64,000 nt of DNA from Malacoraja senta (lineage: Eukaryota): contig JAXLNO010005716.1 in the NCBI GenBank assembly GCA_038087875.1, positions 1 to 64,000 of the forward strand, written 5' to 3'. Positions 61,201 through 64,000 of the stretch are shown in pieces. How positions within the stretch are numbered: position 1 is the first letter of the stretch; each line of letters begins with the position of its first letter. Position numbers and translations under genes: made by a program. Below the pieces are notes generated by a model, which ran no database searches, was not told where the DNA came from, and was given only the letters and a program-made list of their open reading frames with translations.

Positions 61201-61957
61201 AAGTGGTGCTGTTAGCTGAATGAACAGGGTGAAGGCTACTGAATATCAATAGGTAGATCTGGGAAATGTAACAAAGATCAGCCTGAAGAAGGGTCCCGAC
61301 CGGAAATGTCACCTATCCATGTTCTCCATGGATGTTGCCTGAGCCGCTGAGTTACTCCGGCAGTGTGTCTCTTTTGTTAAACCAGCAGGTGCAGTTCCTT
61401 GTTTCTACTTCTATTTCTACTAGCCATTTCTCTGTTCTCTCAGCTGACACCTGCACACGTATCATTCAATCATCCCAGTCTCCACCCTTCATGTGATAGG
61501 AACAGAATTTTGTCATTCGGCTCATCAAGTTTACTCTGATCGTGGCTGATCCATCTCTCCCTTCTAACCCCATTCTCCTGCCTTCTCCCCAAAACCCCTA
61601 ACTCCTGTACTAATCAAGAATCTATCTATCTCTGCCTTAAAAAGATCTATTGACAGCCTCCACAGCCTTCTGTGGCAACGAATTCTATAGATTCACCATC
61701 CTCTGACGAAATAGATTCCTTTTAAAATCAGTTTAAATAGTGAAAGCAGCAGATTGTTGTCACCCAGCATATCTCCATCTCGGTTATGTAGTTGGAGGCT
61801 TTATTTGGTTTCCAGGCCTGGAAGGATGGGGAAGACAAAAGATCTTATTAATTAACTTAAAGTGTTTATGGAGGTGTGCTTGTTTTAATGCATTTTGATT
61901 AGTTAGTTTTGGTTAACTAGTTATATTTCCAATTATTTACATCAACTTTATATATAA

Positions 61958-64000
61958 CTAGACCAAGTGCAGACCCGTTGGGTCTGGTCCCCGAAAGTGC
62001 TTCACACCCCGGAGTGTTGTCCCCGAACGTGCTTCAGACCCCGGGGTGAAAATCTGCGGAAAAAAAGATGGCGTCGTTTTCGGGAAAAATCGGAGACAAT
62101 CGGCGAAAAAAAGATGGCGTCGTTTTCGGAGAAAAGCGGCGAAAAAAAGATGGCGTCATTTTCGGAGAAAATCGGAGACAATCGGAGAAAATCACATGGG
62201 GGTGGGGGGGGGGATGGATTTTATTAAAAAAACGTGTACATAAACACGACCGAATTTAATCAGGAGTGGCTATTCGTAAAGATAAATGTCATCTGTTTGG
62301 AAATGGTAAAAAATATGTGCCCTTCCACGTGCTGTGTGGGCCAGGGGCGGTATCAAAGGCGGCACAGGTCAAGCAGAACGTTGGACGTACGGACGTACAG
62401 ACGGACGACAGCCAGAGAGTTTTAAAAGTATACTAGACCAAGTGCAGACCCGTTGGGTCTGGTCCCCGAAAGTGCTTGACACCCCGGGGTGTTGTTCCCG
62501 AACGTGCTTCAGACCCCGGGGTGAAAATGGTCGAAAAAAAGATGGCGTCGTTTTCGGAAGAAATCGGAGAAAATCGGCGAAAAAAAGATGGCGTCGTTTT
62601 CGGAGAAAATCGGCGGGAAAAAGGGCGCGTTTTCGGAGAAAATCGGAGACAATCGGAGAAAATCACATGGGGGTGGGGGGGGGGATGGATTTTATTTTAA
62701 AAACGTGTACATAAACAGGACCGAATTTAATCAGGAGTGGCTATTCGTAAAGATAAATGTCATCTCTTTGGAAATGGTAAAAAATATGGGCCTTTCCGCG
62801 CGCTGTGTGGGCCAGGGGCGGTATCAAAGGCGGCGTACGGACGTACAGACGTACAGACGGATGACAGCCAGAGAGTTTTAAAAGTATAATAGACCAAGTG
62901 CAGACCCGTTGGGTCTGGTCCCCGAAAGTGCTTGACACCCCGGGGTGTTGATCCCAAACGTGCTTCAGACCCCGGGGTGAAAATCGTGGAAAAAAAGATG
63001 GCGTCGTTTTCGGAAAAAATCGGAGACAATCGGCGAAAAAAAGATGGCGTCGTTTTCGGAGAAAAGCGGCGAAAAAAAGATGGCGTTTTCGGAGAAAATC
63101 GGAGACAATCAGAGAAAATCACATGGGGGTGGGGGGGGATGGATTTTATTTAAAAACGTGTACATAAACAGGACCGAATTTAATCAGGAGTGGCTATTCG
63201 TAAAGATAAATGTCATCCCTTTGGAAATGGTAAAAAATATGGGCCTTTCCACGCGCCGTGTGGGCCAGGGGCGGTATCAAAGGCGGCGTACGGACGTACA
63301 GACGTACAGACGTACAGACGGACGACAGCCAGAGAGTTTTATAAGTATACTAGACCAAGTGCAGACCCGTTGGGTCTGGTCCCCGAAAGTGCTTGACACC
63401 CCGGGGTGTTGTTCCCGAACGTGCTTCAGACCCCGGGGTGAAAATCGGCGAAAAAAGATGGCGTCGTTTTCGGAAAAAATCTGAGAAAATCGGCGAAAAA
63501 AAGATGGCGTCGTTTTCGGAGAAAATCGGCGAAAAAAAGATGGCGTCGTTTTCGGAGAAAATCGGAGACAATCGGAGAAAATCACATGGGGGTGGGGGGG
63601 GGATGGATTTTATTAAAAAAACGTGTACATAAACAGGACCGAATTTAATCAGGAGTGGCTATTCGTAAAGATAAATGTCATCTCTTTGGAAATGGTAACA
63701 AATATGGGCCGCTGTGTGGGCCAGGGGCGGTATCAAAGGCGGCGTACAGGTCAAGCAGAACATTGGACGTACAGACGTACAGACGTACAGACGGATGACA
63801 GCCAGAGAGTTTTAAAAGTATACTAGACCAAGTGCAGACCCGTTGGGTCTGGTCCCCGAAAGTGCTTGACACCCCGGGGTGTTGTTCCCGAACGTGCTTC
63901 AGACCCCGGGGTGAAAATCGGCGAAAAAAAGATGGCGTTGTTTTCGGAAAAAATCGGAGAAAATCGGCGAAAAAAAGATGGCGTCGTTTTCGGAGAAAAT
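61958..64000 (-). mobile_element. Head-to-tail array of non-autonomous Helitron-like units (~455-475 bp, at least 4.4 copies), runs off window end
   Basis: Units start at ~61957, 62432, 62888, 63349, 63822. Each minus-strand 3' end is hairpin CAGACCC-aac-GGGTCTG, 8 nt, then CTAG|T. Internal (gacgtaca/gacg)n microsatellite and variable-number 36-bp subrepeats. Confidence 0.72.

Noticed and set aside
35000-61900. A second V, leader or neighbouring Ig/TCR cluster upstream
   Set aside because: No Ig-fold ORF, YYC motif or paired RSS was found; a short segment could be hidden only in the 265-N gap
61958-64000. CRISPR-like or host-gene interpretation of the terminal tandem array
   Set aside because: Eukaryotic context, no unique spacers, no cas genes; the short ORFs are repeat translations

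Overview
Cartilaginous-fish genomic DNA, probably a skate (Rajidae). The species call is inferred from the repeat families and an IgX-type short tail, and is unverified. The window holds one unrearranged IgW (IgX/omega) heavy-chain minilocus on the minus strand at ~3.0-34.8 kb. Order: TATA - leader - VH - D1 - D2 - JH with a complete 23 / 12-22 / 12-12 / 23 RSS set, a 6-kb J-C intron, CH1, CH2, a Cys-rich short secretory exon, CH3, CH4, CH5 and CH6 with tailpiece and polyA. Downstream of that terminal exon lie four further intact C exons (two tandem CH3-CH4-like pairs). They are followed by a hidden secretory-tail-like exon split by a LINE, and then the TM1 exon. The J-C intron contains a 670-bp G-rich 20-mer array built from GAGCT/GGGGT motifs that resembles mammalian S-mu, plus a head-to-head pair of histone-H1-like relics. 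The rest of the window is repeat-rich: CR1, Rex/Babar and L2 LINEs, tRNA-SINEs, Penelope-derived repeats with hammerhead-like cores, Harbinger and hAT-like DNA elements, and a tandem Helitron-like array. There is one 265-N assembly gap. No other intact protein gene was recognised at 35-64 kb. Exon boundaries were read by eye from splice signals; repeat boundaries are approximate.
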